A stretch of DNA of 63,508 nt, counting the filler, from Octopus bimaculoides (lineage: Eukaryota): the NCBI RefSeq assembly GCF_001194135.2. It is 5 parts of 5 records of this genome, joined end to end, with 100 filler letters (N's around TTAATTAATTAA, not from the genome) between each part and the next. Parts side by side here need not be neighbours in the genome. Positions count along the whole stretch, not along the records: positions 46,980 to 63,508 come from NC_068985.1; 4 more parts are not named here. One strand, written 5' to 3'. Shown here in pieces: positions 51,251 to 63,508 of the stretch. Under the pieces are notes generated by a model. It did not search any database. It was not told where the DNA came from and worked only from the letters and a program-made list of their open reading frames with translations. Each line of letters begins with the position of its first letter. The first letter of the stretch is position 1. Made by a program: the position numbers and the translations under genes.

Positions 51251-52123
51251 TATTATTACCGTCACACATAAATTTGCTATCTGTCAGACGCAACATAACT
51301 TTATACCTTACAATAATTTCGTTTGCGTGGCTTATTTATTCACTAAGTACTTTCTTCTATCTTAATGTAAATACTGAAACAGGAACCAGAAACATTAGAA
51401 TTCTGTGTGGTGAGGAGGTATCACACTTGTTTACGCATTATTATTTTTTTTTCTATTATTATTGAATGTGTTTATTATGCGTGGCTTATTTGCTATAGTC
51501 TATAGTTTTCAAAATACTTAATGAAAATGAGAAGAAATTAAATAAAATAAAATTTGAAAAGATATTTCAAAAATAAAAATAAGAAATAAAACATATCATA
51601 GAAACAATGTAAAACACACTATCGAGAATAATAAAGTTACAAACCTTTAAATATTTATAGAGAATATGAATAACTTCCATAATTATGTAAAGAGAAAATA
51701 AAACGAAATATAAGTCCTCGAATTTTACGTCCAGAATACTTTATGCGATGAGAGCAAATGAAAATATAGCGATTGGCACGTCAGTTCGCGCATTCAGACA
51801 GGTTATAGGATGTGCGTATACATGCGTTGCAAGAGCTGACGCGATATATATCTCAGGTGCAGATAATAACTGTATGGCGCGCCACTAAAGAATTGTTTGC
51901 GGGTCGGTATGTATACACACACACAGATACACACGCTTGATAGACACACACGTGGGTGTACATAAGTAGGTTTATTACTTTATAGCAATGTTTGCGTTTT
52001 TTCCTCGTTTCTCATCATTTCTCTTTTTTTTTTCTCATCATTCTCTTCCAGACTATCCCTCTTCTATTTTCCCTAAGAAATCTCTCACTTTTGCCTAACT
52101 TTCGCTCACCCTTACTCTTCTTT

Positions 52124-52160
<37 letters not shown>

Positions 52161-52164
52161 TCTC

Positions 52165-52200
<36 letters not shown>

Positions 52201-53130
52201 TCTCTCTCCTTCTCTCTTTCCCAAACACTTTTACTCACTACCTCTCATAATACTACTCCTTCCTTCTTTACATTCAATAAGCCACCTTTGTCAATATGTC
52301 GATGTTTATACATTGTATATATGTACAAATGTATAGATGTAATACTAACCAGAGACGTCTGCATATGATTCTAAAGTCACTAATACGTGCACACGGAGCA
52401 TGTATCACGAGCTAGCGAGTACTAGTATTACGAATATAAACATTTATATGTGTGTTTGTGTGTTTATATGTGGGATGTGTGTGTGTATATACACAAATCT
52501 ATCTCCCTAGAACCGAATCCGAATATCATATGTTCTGATGTTTATTCACATTTAGATAACGTGTACTACTATGTTTGTGGGTGTATGCGGGCACTCACAG
52601 AAAACACACACACATACAAGCACTGAGTCAATCATGCACAATAAGAAACACACACACGCATATAAGCATGCACGCAAACGAACATTTTCGGTGTGTGAGC
52701 GATTATAAATATATTTTGTGTTCGTGTGTCTGTCTCGACGTCAGTTTGCGAGCTAAACAATGCACATGAGTAATTGAATCAAGAGCTACACATGCGCATA
52801 CGTGCATGGGCGCACTCGCGTTTATGGATGCGTCTACTAGAGTGTGTGCGTGCATATGTGCATTTAATTGTATGTGCGCGTGTAAACTTGTCCTGGCGTA
52901 TATATTGTTATGAATGCAAATGTGGATTCCCTTATGTGTATGAGGGTATGTCTAAGACAGTCTTATACATATATACGCATGTGTGTTTTCATCGGCTAAA
53001 AACATTCCATTTTACCATAAAACTAACAGTTTTTTCTCTCGCCTCTTTAGCATTTTTATTTATTCTTCTCTGCGGTGTGTATTCTTTCGAATCCAGTTAG
53101 AAAGTTCACCTAAGTTTCCACAGAAGCAGG

Positions 53131-53165
<35 letters not shown>

Positions 53166-53179
53166 ATATATATATACAG

Positions 53180-53287
<108 letters not shown>

Positions 53288-53308
53288 TTATATATAGACA
53301 TATATACA

Positions 53309-53344
<36 letters not shown>

Positions 53345-54067
53345 NNNNNNNNNNNNNNNNNNNNNNNNNNNNNNNNNNNNNNNNNNNNNNNNNNNNNNNN
53401 NNNNNNNNNNNNNNNNNNNNNNNNNNNNNNNNNNNNNNNNNNNNNNNNNNNNNNNNNNNNNNNNNNNNNNNNNNNNNNNNNNNNNNNNNNNNNNNNNNNN
53501 NNNNNNNNNNNNNNATATATATAAGTATGATGAAACTTTTAAGAATCCTTCGCAACAAATAAGTTCCGGATCTGATCGAAGTACTTGCCTTCTCGTACTA
53601 CTGCCATTTTAGCAGCGGGTCGTGCTATAACATGTGTGAATTCAGGTAACCGGAAATTGTACTGAATCCCGTCGAATGAACAGTAACCTTAATTCATATG
53701 GTAGCAACTTGTCACAACTTATCAGGCCTTTTGAGAATTACGTTATGTACTAACAAGCCTGTGGTTTAGTTAGCCGGTGACACTTTTTCTTTTATTAACG
53801 AACAAGCGATTTAGTAGTTCGAATACTGGACTACTAATTGTCGATTGACGCAAATCCACCAAAACTACAACCACAACCGCCTGCATATTCCTGGAATTCA
53901 ATACAGATAAGCTGTTAATTATAAAGTTAGATGAACAGTCAACCGTTCATGTAACGAAAAGCAAAATCGAAATAAATGTTAGATAAACATTATATACACT
54001 GAAAACTAAAGGAAGGACCCGAAAGTGATGAAATCACACACGTATATATATATATTTATATACAGTG

Positions 54068-54400
54068 AAGGCCCATGGCTCAGTGGTTAGAGCGTCGAGC
54101 TTATGATCGTGAGGTTGTGAGTTTTAATCCCAAACCAAGTTGCGTGTTGTGTTCTTGAGCAAGACACTTTATTTCACGTTGCTCCAGTTCACTCAGCTGT
54201 AGAAATGAGTTGCGACGTCACAGGTGTCAAGCTGTATCGGCCTTTGCTTCTCTCTTGGATAACGCTTGTTCCATAGAGAGGGGAGGCCAGTATGCATGGG
54301 CGACTGCTGGCCTTTCATAAACAACCTTGCCCGGACTTGTGCCTGGGTGAGTAACTTTCTAGGTGCAATCCCATGGTCAGTCATGATCGAAGGGGGTCTC
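54068..54400 (+). mobile_element. SINE family C (full length)
   Basis: catggctcagtggttagagcgtcg...gaagggggtctc. Confidence 0.88.
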
Positions 54401-54403
54401 AAC

Positions 54404-54434
<31 letters not shown>

Positions 54435-54534
54435 TGTATATATATTATATGTATATGTATATATTATATATATAAATGCATACATATTATATATAGATGT
54501 GCGTGTGTGTATATATGTATGCATGTTTACACAC

Positions 54535-54575
<41 letters not shown>

Positions 54576-54595
54576 ACACACACACACATATATAT

Positions 54596-55080
54596 ATGGC
54601 CAATCCAAACAACAAACCGGCAAAAAACAGCAACGCGAGGACGTGGAAGAAGTACTGTGTTATTGGATGCTCAGGAAAGGAAACAAAAGAAAGAGGATTT
54701 CACGCTTTGACCGGAGCTCTTCATCAGAAATATAGAAAAAGTCCAAAGAAGGGAAGACGGAGAAAGCAAATCGCTTACGCGGTCACATATTGAAATGACC
54801 GGAAGGGAATGGGAGAAGAAAAAGTTCTTTCTAATACAGGAGAGTGCAAGAGAAAGAGCTATGTGTGTATGTGTGGGTATGTGCGTGCGCGCAGGTTTGT
54901 GTGTGTAATGATAGCACGTGTATGTGCACGCGCGCGTGTGTGTGCGTGTGTGTGCGTGGTTGTGGCTGCTGATGTATGTGTATGGTTGTCGCTTAAGGTC
55001 CTACGAAGAATTTATAGCAAGAATTTTGGTAGGAGTGGCTGTCTATGGTGTGTCACCCATATATATATATATATATATAT

Positions 55081-55133
<53 letters not shown>

Positions 55134-56295
55134 CATACATACATACATACATACATATGTGTGTGTGTATTCATTTGTATGAATTGCCTGAAACAAAGGA
55201 CTGAATGCCATGGTAGGGATTAATCATATATTTGGGCTCAGTTTACCACCACAGGACGGGGTGACGATGGAGGGAGAGAGGGAAGGGAGAAAGCGTGTAG
55301 GCGTGAAGAGCGGAAGTAGGTATCAGAGCAAGAGAGAGGAGGAGAGGTGTGTGGGAGGAAGTAAGTGTTAGAAGAATAGAGGAGAGAGAAGTAGGGTTAG
55401 ATGAAGCGGGGAGGAGAGTTGAGTCCATGTGGCTTTAAGGAGTGAGAGAGAAGATTAATACCTGTTCTCGGCAAAGACGGGAGTCCAGATGGCCCCTGTG
55501 CGAGGGCAATCCGAACACAGACATGTGTTGTAAAGAATGACCGGTAGATCGGAAATGGCGTGAGACCGGGGTGTTGTTACCGAGCCCGATGTCTCGGAGG
55601 TGCTCTGCGAACTGGTCAGCCAAGCGGCGTTCCGTTTGACCGATGTACAGAGGACAGAGGGAGAGCAGGAAATGCAGTAAATGACGTTCTTAGAAGTACA
55701 GGTGAAGGAGTCAGTGATATGATAGGGTCGATTATGGGTGCCTGTGAGGATGGTGGTATTGGAGAGGTAAGGGCAAGTGCAGCCGCGTGGGCGGGAGCAG
55801 GGGAACGAGCCGGGTTGTGAGGTTGCGTTAGTGAAGAAGCTGTGGACCAACAGGTCTCGTATGTTGTGGGCTCGTTTGAAGGATGGGTCGTTTAGGAAAG
55901 ATGTGAGAAGTGGAGGGGTCGGACTGGTGTTGTCGGAAGGCTCGGAGAATAGTGCGTTGGGGAGGTAAGGTGGTGGGGTGGTAGGTGAGGTGAAATGGGA
56001 GACTGGTGACGGGGGGACGGATGATGTGGGAGAAAGCACATGCACTGTTCACGGAACGTGCTCTAGCAAGGGCGGTGTGGATAGTGGTGAGGGGATATCC
56101 ACGCAGGATGAAGTGGCGAGCCATGAGTTGAGACTGAGTCTCAAAGTCATGGTTGTCACTGGAGAGATTGCGTAGGCAGAAGAATTGGGAATAGGGGATG
56201 GAGAGCTTGGTGTGTTTAGGATGGGAGGAGGAGAAGTTAAGGTATGAGCGTGAGATTGTGTTTGTAGTAGATGGAGGTGGTGAGAGTGGAGTCCG
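54596..56295 (-). mobile_element. Penelope-like retroelement, 5'-truncated: RT C-terminus plus GIY-YIG endonuclease (frameshifted) and microsatellite-rich 3' region
   Basis: TTSIYYK..SYLNFSSSHPKHTK..F.LRGYP...SFKRAHNIRDLLVHS...CSRPR.CTC...SFTCTSKNVIYCISC..(frameshift)..LYIGQTERRLADQFAEHLRDI...PVSRHF...REQVLIFSL; coding about 56290-55435. Confidence 0.92.
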
Positions 56296-56612
56296 CCATT
56301 ATTTTACTTTTTGTTTTCGTTCTTTTACTTTCCGGCCTTTCTAGCATCTCCCTTTTTTCTTTTTTTTCTGGTTTCTTCCTTCCTATTTTCTTTGTTTTTC
56401 ATTCCTTTTATGATACACTTGCCCCACCTTCATACTTTTATGATATACTTGTCCCACCATCATGGAAAGTTATAACTATACAAGTTTCCGTCAATTATGT
56501 AGTAAGAACTCGTCTGAAAATCCTATAATGGTAGACTGGACCCAAATACAATATCATTAATCCTTAACATGGTATTCAGTATTTTGTTCCCGACAATTAA
56601 TACTAGACGAAT

Positions 56613-56649
<37 letters not shown>

Positions 56650-56710
56650 CACACATATATATATGTATGTATATATATATGTGTATACACANNNNNNNNN
56701 NTATATATAT

Positions 56711-56751
<41 letters not shown>

Positions 56752-56994
56752 TGTACATTACATACATTTATGCATATACCTATGCATTTATATGTATATA
56801 TAATTACCTGTATGTAAATGTTGGTTTGCGTGTGCAATTTATATACCGATTAAAAATACAGGTATCCGGTTCATCGTATTCAAGAAAAAAAATCGATTTT
56901 TATTTTATCTAATATTGATTTCATTATTTTATTGTCCCTCATATACATTTGGTTATTGCTGCGAATATTGTTGCTAGTAATATTGGTTTACCAT

Positions 56995-57402
56995 TTTGCA
57001 CTATGCTAGCAATTTCGAGGGAGTTGGTAAGTCGATTACTTCGATCTCAGTGTTCAACTGGTACTTATCTAGCCTGAAATGGCGGAATTTGGCCTTAGAC
57101 CGTAGAGACGAACGAAACGTCGCTAAGCATCGTAACCGGCATGCTAACAATTCTGCTAGTTCATCCTCCTACTCTTGCTAGTAATATTGACAACAAATTT
57201 TCGCATAAGGACAACGGTTTTGGGGGAGGAGTTTAATTAATTACATCTATCTTAATGCTTAACTGGTACTAAATTTATCGATCTCGATTGGATGAGATTC
57301 AAAGTCGAACTTGGCGGAATTTGAACTCAAAACGTAAAAATAGATAAAATGTCACTCAGGATCTTGCCCAGCAAGCTAACGATTCTGCCACTCACTGCCT
57401 TC
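56995..57402 (-). mobile_element. two tandem SINE family B copies (diverged)
   Basis: ggcggaatttg...gctaagcat...gctaac motifs at 57080-57160 and 57310-57400. Confidence 0.75.
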
Positions 57403-57965
57403 TGTTGCTGGTAATATCGTTGCCCTGTATTTTGATCTCGTTTATATTTCTTATCCTCATCATGCAGAATTCTGATCAAATGCGTTCCATCCGTGTCAAT
57501 CTTATATATTCCGTAGTAAACTTCCAAGGTCTTTTATTATTTTTTGTTAATTTGGTAGACAAGAACGTCCTACTTTTATATGCCTGTGGCTGATTTTTTG
57601 TTAGCAGATTGTACGATAGCCTAGGTGTTCCATTGTCGTTGCTTTTATACAGACAAATGTAAATATACATAAATTTATTAGTTTTTTGTGAAGTTATAAT
57701 TAAACAAACATCGATAATTATTTATTTCAGCTGAAAAAATATAAAACATATTCAAATACTTGAAAGAATCTTATTTTTTTATAATTGATTTTAAAAAATT
57801 GTTCCAGTTAACCAAAGGCAGTCAATTGATATAGTTGTTAGATACGCGCATAGAATTTTACGATATTGCTTCCGGTTTTCGTTAGCCTACGTTCAAAACC
57901 CAGCAATTTCAACGTTGACTTTTACCCCTTCAAGATGGATAAAATACCAGGCTTCTGTTTGTACA

Positions 57966-58031
<66 letters not shown>

Positions 58032-58859
58032 GCTCTCTCTCTCTCTCTAGCTCTCTAGATCGATCGATTACGTCCTGGATGTTTATCAACGATGTTAAAG
58101 CAGAAAAGGTTTCTGTTTGTTACTACATTAGCATATTAATGGAGCAGCAAATACTACCAAGTCATCCTCCATTCCAAGTGATGACTAGACAATTCAGCCT
58201 AAACCATTGCGTCCTATTTTTCATTTATTGTGTCTCCCCAATTGCATTGTCGAATACGACACATTTTTATGGACGCTAAGATGTTACTTGACTAAAACTT
58301 GGGGGCTCTCTGTGCCCACAGTTATCCTATCACCCTTGCCGGTTTCAATCAGGGAAATGCTTTTTTGTACAGGATACTTATTTCAATAAACCTCAGAAGA
58401 ATAGCAAATTAGTTTATACTTTAGGTGGATCAGATAGAAGAACATAAATGGATTAAATTGCTAGTAGCTATTTGTTGAGTTCGAAATCTGCAGATTGTTC
58501 AACTTCATTACTTTCCTTTAGTATACATTTAAATCAGTAAGACGCTGATATTGTAGGGTCGTTAAAACATAGTTTAGAAAGACTTTAATGTATCTGTTAC
58601 TACTTCCTGTGCTCTGAATTCAAATCTCATTGCCGGTAATTGTGACTTTCGTTCATTCATGGTCAATAAATAAACATCTTCAACAATAGCGTTGTATCTT
58701 GTTTCTTTCTCACTCGTTTTTCTAGAAATTGGTTATGTCATTTTTTTTCACAGATATGGGTTCTGTTGTTTTTACACGCTCTCTTTTACGATACTCATGC
58801 ATGACTTCATCACCTCCCTCATAGCCTCCTTCATTTAATGGAATAATATGTCACACCTT

Positions 58860-59100
58860 GCTCGGTTGTTCCACTCACGAGCACTAGTTCGTGGATTCGA
58901 TTCCCAGACCGAGCAGTGCGTTGTGTTCTTTAGCAAAACACTTCATTTCACGTTGCTCCAGTACCCCTTCTCCATTAAGGGGAAGTGTCGTCCTGCTCGC
59001 CTAGCCAGTAGAATAGCGTCATATGATGGCTAAAACGACGCGAAGTGCATTGTGGCTAACGATGTGTAGCAGCATCCGTTAGTCTGGACGGTTATGTGAT
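58860..59100 (+). mobile_element. tRNA-derived SINE with C-type core and a different tail
   Basis: ggattcgattcccagaccg...gttgtgttctttagcaaaacacttcatttcacgttgctccag, then a tail not shared with C or D. Confidence 0.65.
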
Positions 59101-61415
59101 CAATTATATGTGATCAATTATATTATGTATTATATAGTTGCAATACACATGTCCATCATGTGCACAAGATAACAGTATAGATTAAAATTATACTGAATCG
59201 ACCCAACGCGTATTATTTGACAGAATCTGAACTTGGAACATAGCACACGATAACCAAATAGCATAATATTTCAACGGCCACACTCTCGTCATGTAATTTC
59301 CTCACTTTCAATTCGCTCGCAATAAATCCCTACAACGATCCATCACTGTAAATGTACATAGGATCTGAATATTCGATTCAATCACGAAAAATGCATTACA
59401 TGTTCTTGTCTTTATTTTTTTGCTTAATTCAAAAGCTTAGCATTAAGCTGAGAATTTAAAAAGGATATTTTTATTATGCCGAAAATCAAATATGACGTAA
59501 CAAACTCATCGAAAAAAAATTCATGTTTAAATATGTTTTCTTAAATTATCATGCAGCGTATGTCGAACTGATAAATGTTATGTATGTATACTTACAAAGC
59601 CATACACACATGCACATAATCATGCACACCACACACAACGCACAAACTTACACACGCATAACACACGCACACAGATACGCTAGCATAATTTGTATTGAAA
59701 ACATTATAGGATTTTTCATAATTGAATTGTAATATAATACAGATTACTGTTTCTTTCCGAAAAATAATATTAATTTAATAATAATTTCTAAAAATAAAAT
59801 GACGAAACAGCTCTTAGGTATATCATCAGTAGAGCGCCAAACAAAATGAGGAAGGCTACACATTATAAATGTAGTTGTAATTGATTTACTCTGTTTCATT
59901 ACATTAATGCACTTATCGACCCCGGGAAGAAGTAAAGCAAGCTCGATGGTATATGAACTCAAAATTCATAGGTCCGGAACAAAAACTCCCCAGAATTATT
60001 TTATTATACGCACTGTCGAATTAGCAATTTAGAAGAAGGCAGTCTTGGGGCAATACGACAAACGTCTTAGATTTTATAATAATACAACTAAACATAGCCT
60101 GTGTTTTCTAACGTTTGAAAAAAGCCATAAATATCTCTCCATAAATATCTAAATTGAAATTAACAGATGAAACGCAGAAATTTAAATCGGCCCTGGTTCC
60201 GTGCTTAAAGTATCTCTTTCAATCCAAAAGAATGAAAGCGAAAGCGTATTGTAGTTCAAGTAGAATTCAGAGCATTATGAGATATAATTGCTATAAATTA
60301 AATTTTATAGTGTTAATCGTATTATTCTAATTTAGCTACAAGTCCAGAAAGTTTGGGAGAAAGGTACCGTCGACCTCAACACTTGACTAGTACTTGATTT
60401 TACCGATCTTGAAAAAAGGAAAAACAAAGTAGAATTCAGTGAGAATTGAACGATTTAAAAAGCCGGAGCAAGTACAGTAAAGTCTTTATTCTGACGATTA
60501 ACCGATTCTAGCAGCTAGCTCCTAACGGTTTCTGATTTTGGCATAAGGTCAACAAATTAGATACTACGGGGAGCAGTAGATATCATTGACCCACTTCTTG
60601 ACGGGTACATTATTTTATAAGCTCTGTAATGATGCAAGGTGAAATGGATATCAGAATGTAAGTAAATACCGCAAAACAGTTTTCTGATTCTCTATCGATC
60701 GATACAACCTGTTGCACATTTGATAACTTTGAATTGAGAAATGGGGCCTGAAATATGGGATGTAAGCTATTAGTTGATTAAATGGGCCCCAGTAACCTTT
60801 CGTACCAGTAGCAGCAGGCTTCGTGCCTAAATTAGAGATCTTTATCTACAAAGTTGATTGGCAAAATTGTCAGGGGTGTCACACAAAATACCTTGCAATA
60901 TTTACCCTGGTTCAAGTTCTTCCGAAGGGTAGATGTATATCACTGATCCTCTTTGAGTAGCTGATCTTGTAACCAAGAATCAAAGGCAGTGAGCTAGAAG
61001 AACTTTCATTCTTCGGGATCAGTAGAATAACATACAACTAGGGTTGATGGTTTCCACTAATACCTACCCTCATAGCTACTGGTCTTGTGTCGAAATTTGA
61101 AAATATTATGATTAGGATACATAGAGAATACACCAAAATATCTAAGTCACAACAACTACTGCAGACAAACAATAATTTCCTAACAATGTGTCAGCAGGGA
61201 TGACTTTTGCATGAAAACAATCTTGCATGGTTTTCTCAACCAATTTAACGAGTCTTGAAGTTCCAATGGCATTGACGCTAATAACCCGATCATAACCAGT
61301 ATCAATTATGCATTACACCCACCCTCGCGTTACAAACAGTCTTGGCATTTCCACATTCATTTCGGAGGTGTTGTGGTTGTTGTTGTTGTCGTCGGTGTTG
61401 TTGTTGTTCGTTTTC

Positions 61416-61416
<1 letters not shown>

Positions 61417-61447
<31 letters not shown>

Positions 61448-63345
61448 ATAAGACGTCACACAGTATCCAATATCGTGATGTAATGGATTAATGATATTGT
61501 ATCTACCGAGGGTGTGTACTGTCTGTCAAATCACAACTAGGACCTCGGACAAATAGTACTTTACACAATATGCATGCAGTTCCAAGTAATGCCGATTTTT
61601 CCAATACTCTTCGATTGTAGGGTATTTCTAATCTTTCCAGATGTGTTTTCAGGTTTGGTGATATTCAACCCGTGGAGGCGCAATGGCCCAGTGGTTAGGG
61701 CAGCGGACTCGCGGTCATACGATCGGATCACGGTTTCGATTCCCAGACCGGGTGTTGTGAGTGTTTATTGATTGCAAACACCTAAAGCTCCACGAGGCTC
61801 CGACAGAGGGTGGTGGCGAACCCTGCTGTACTCTTTCACCACAACTTTCTCTCATTCTTACTTCCTGTTTCTGTTGTGCCTGTAATTCAAAGGGTCAGCC
61901 TTGTCACACTGTGTCACGCTGAATCTCCCCGAGAACTACGTTAAGGGCACACGTGTCTGTGGAGTGCTCAGCCACTTGCACGTTAATTTCACGAGCAGGC
62001 TGTTCCGTTGATCGGATCAACTAGAACCCTCGACGTCGTAAGCGACGGAGTGCCAACAACAACAACAACAACGATATTCAATCCCATGCTCTGAAGGCCA
62101 CAGGGACAAACTTTATGTTTGACTCTATTAACTGACACATCTTGATGATCTCAATTCTGAGATCTCCATATTTATCGATCTTTTCTCTTTCTTTCATGAT
62201 AATATGCTGATCTCCTGGCACTGACACATCGATTATTAGGCACTCTTGTTTGAGGCTCCTAAAGGTTACAATGTTTGTCCTTCCATGCTCTAACACCTTG
62301 TGTGTCTGGAAGTCGAAGTTCCAGAGGATCTTTGCCTTCCCCCTTTCGTTCATTACCTTTTCCAAAGTATGTTAGTACTAAGGACTCATTAAAGCATATC
62401 CATACTTCCAGCATAGCAGCCAGTGCAAGTTTTGGGCTACCTTGTCGTATCTGCGCTTGTACTCTTTCTGCGCAAGACTTTCACAAGCATTAACTATGTG
62501 AATCATGCTTTTGACCATCTTCCTACACATTCTGCAGATGTTTGTTGCACGTGTGTGGTATATATTCCTTTTCAGTGAATTGGTTTCCAATGCCTGATCC
62601 TGGTCATCGATGATTAGGCCTTCAGTCTTATTTTTTAGGTCACCCTTGCTGAGCCACCTCCATGATGCTTCCTGTTTTTTTAAGTTGTTAGCTTCATGGT
62701 GGAACTGACCATGTAATTCCATGCGGAGTAGGGCTTCTCTTTCGTTGGCTGTTCGTGATCGGAATTTATGAGAAATCTCAAATTCATTTTTGCTAAATCC
62801 TCTTGCATTAGCAGCATACTGTTGCAGGTCTTGTTTGCTGTTTACCATATAGTCTGCCATGTTTCTTCTTCCACTCTTAATGCACTTCCGTACGCTAATC
62901 AGCCCACGTCCAACTTATACATCTTGATGTAGAGCTTATGTACGTTGATGGCAGTCACAATGTTCCTTGAGCTGAGTTTTGATTTTAACAGAAGTTTGAG
63001 GCGCTTGAAATATGCAGTAATGACCTTGTCTTTAATTTCTCTGTGCAAGATATTGGCCAGTTGCAGTATCCCAAAGTACTTGTACCCATTATCATCTGGG
63101 CCTTCCATTCTCTCTCCGTTTGGCAATTCTATGCCCTACAATTTGCTCTCTTTCTCCATTTCAAAATGAGCACCGCACACTTTGAGATACCATATTTCAT
63201 CTCTATACCCTTGCTGCACGTCTGTACAGTCTCAATCAGCCTCTCCATTTCAGGCTTTGTTGTTTTTTTTTTTTTTTGCGAACAGTTTTAAATCATCCAG
63301 GAATAGAAAGTGGCTGAGACTATGTTCATTCTTCCTCAGCTCACA
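61417..63345 (-). mobile_element. R4/Dong-like (RLE) LINE, 5'-truncated, pseudogenised, with (TGA)n tail; interrupted by a SINE
   Basis: SHFLFLDDLKLF (RT), YKYFGI, AYFKRLKLLLKSKL, WRWLSKGDLK.KTEGLI..QDQAL.T, CRMCRK...HIVNACESLAQKEYKRRYDKVA, ILWNFDF, CLIIDVSVPGD...KIDKYGDL; beyond the SINE, EKSALLGTACILCKVL (about 61545-61610); (CAT)n at 61417-61447. Confidence 0.92.
61669..62072 (+). mobile_element. SINE family D (full length) with (AAC)n tail and 9-bp TSD
   Basis: Head gcaatggcccagtggttaggg...ggtttcgattccc; TSD gatattcaa at 61660-61668 and 62073-62081. Confidence 0.9.
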
Positions 63346-63404
63346 TTGCGCATTAACTTTTCATAGGAATACAGAAAGTGTGATTAAGGCTACAACAAAT
63401 AACA

Positions 63405-63406
63405 AA

Positions 63407-63490
<84 letters not shown>

Positions 63491-63508
63491 TAGTTTTATT
63501 TTTATAAC
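63405..63508 (-). mobile_element. (TAA)n tail and extreme 3' end of another Dong-like LINE extending beyond the window
   Basis: attattattcagtagttttatttttataac is identical to the 3' terminus at about 29813-29842. Confidence 0.8.

Overview
AT-rich, microsatellite-dense animal genomic DNA with many assembly gaps. The repeat families resemble those of octopus/coleoid cephalopods; this is an inference from recalled repeat families, not a database search. No complete protein-coding gene can be supported, and nearly all ORFs in the supplied track are translations of microsatellites or N-runs. Well-supported features are: one intact tRNA-Leu(UAA) gene (43401-43483, minus); at least four tRNA-derived SINE families (labelled A-D here); several decayed RLE-type (R4/Dong-like) LINE fragments; CR1/L2-like and RTE-like RT remnants; two Penelope-like (GIY-YIG) remnants, one ending in a decayed hammerhead-like motif; a truncated mariner transposase; and three short non-autonomous DNA transposons with TIRs and TSDs (hAT, Tigger/pogo, piggyBac types). 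The unexplained signals most worth checking are a ~98-bp-arm foldback hairpin (7228-7435), a near-identical ~90-bp inverted repeat pair (44083-45008), and several plus-strand micro-exon / AG|GT splice-site candidates that could belong to an unidentified long-intron host gene. The four TTAATTAATTAA islands inside gaps are assembly linkers. I did not find convincing evidence of a new multi-gene system.
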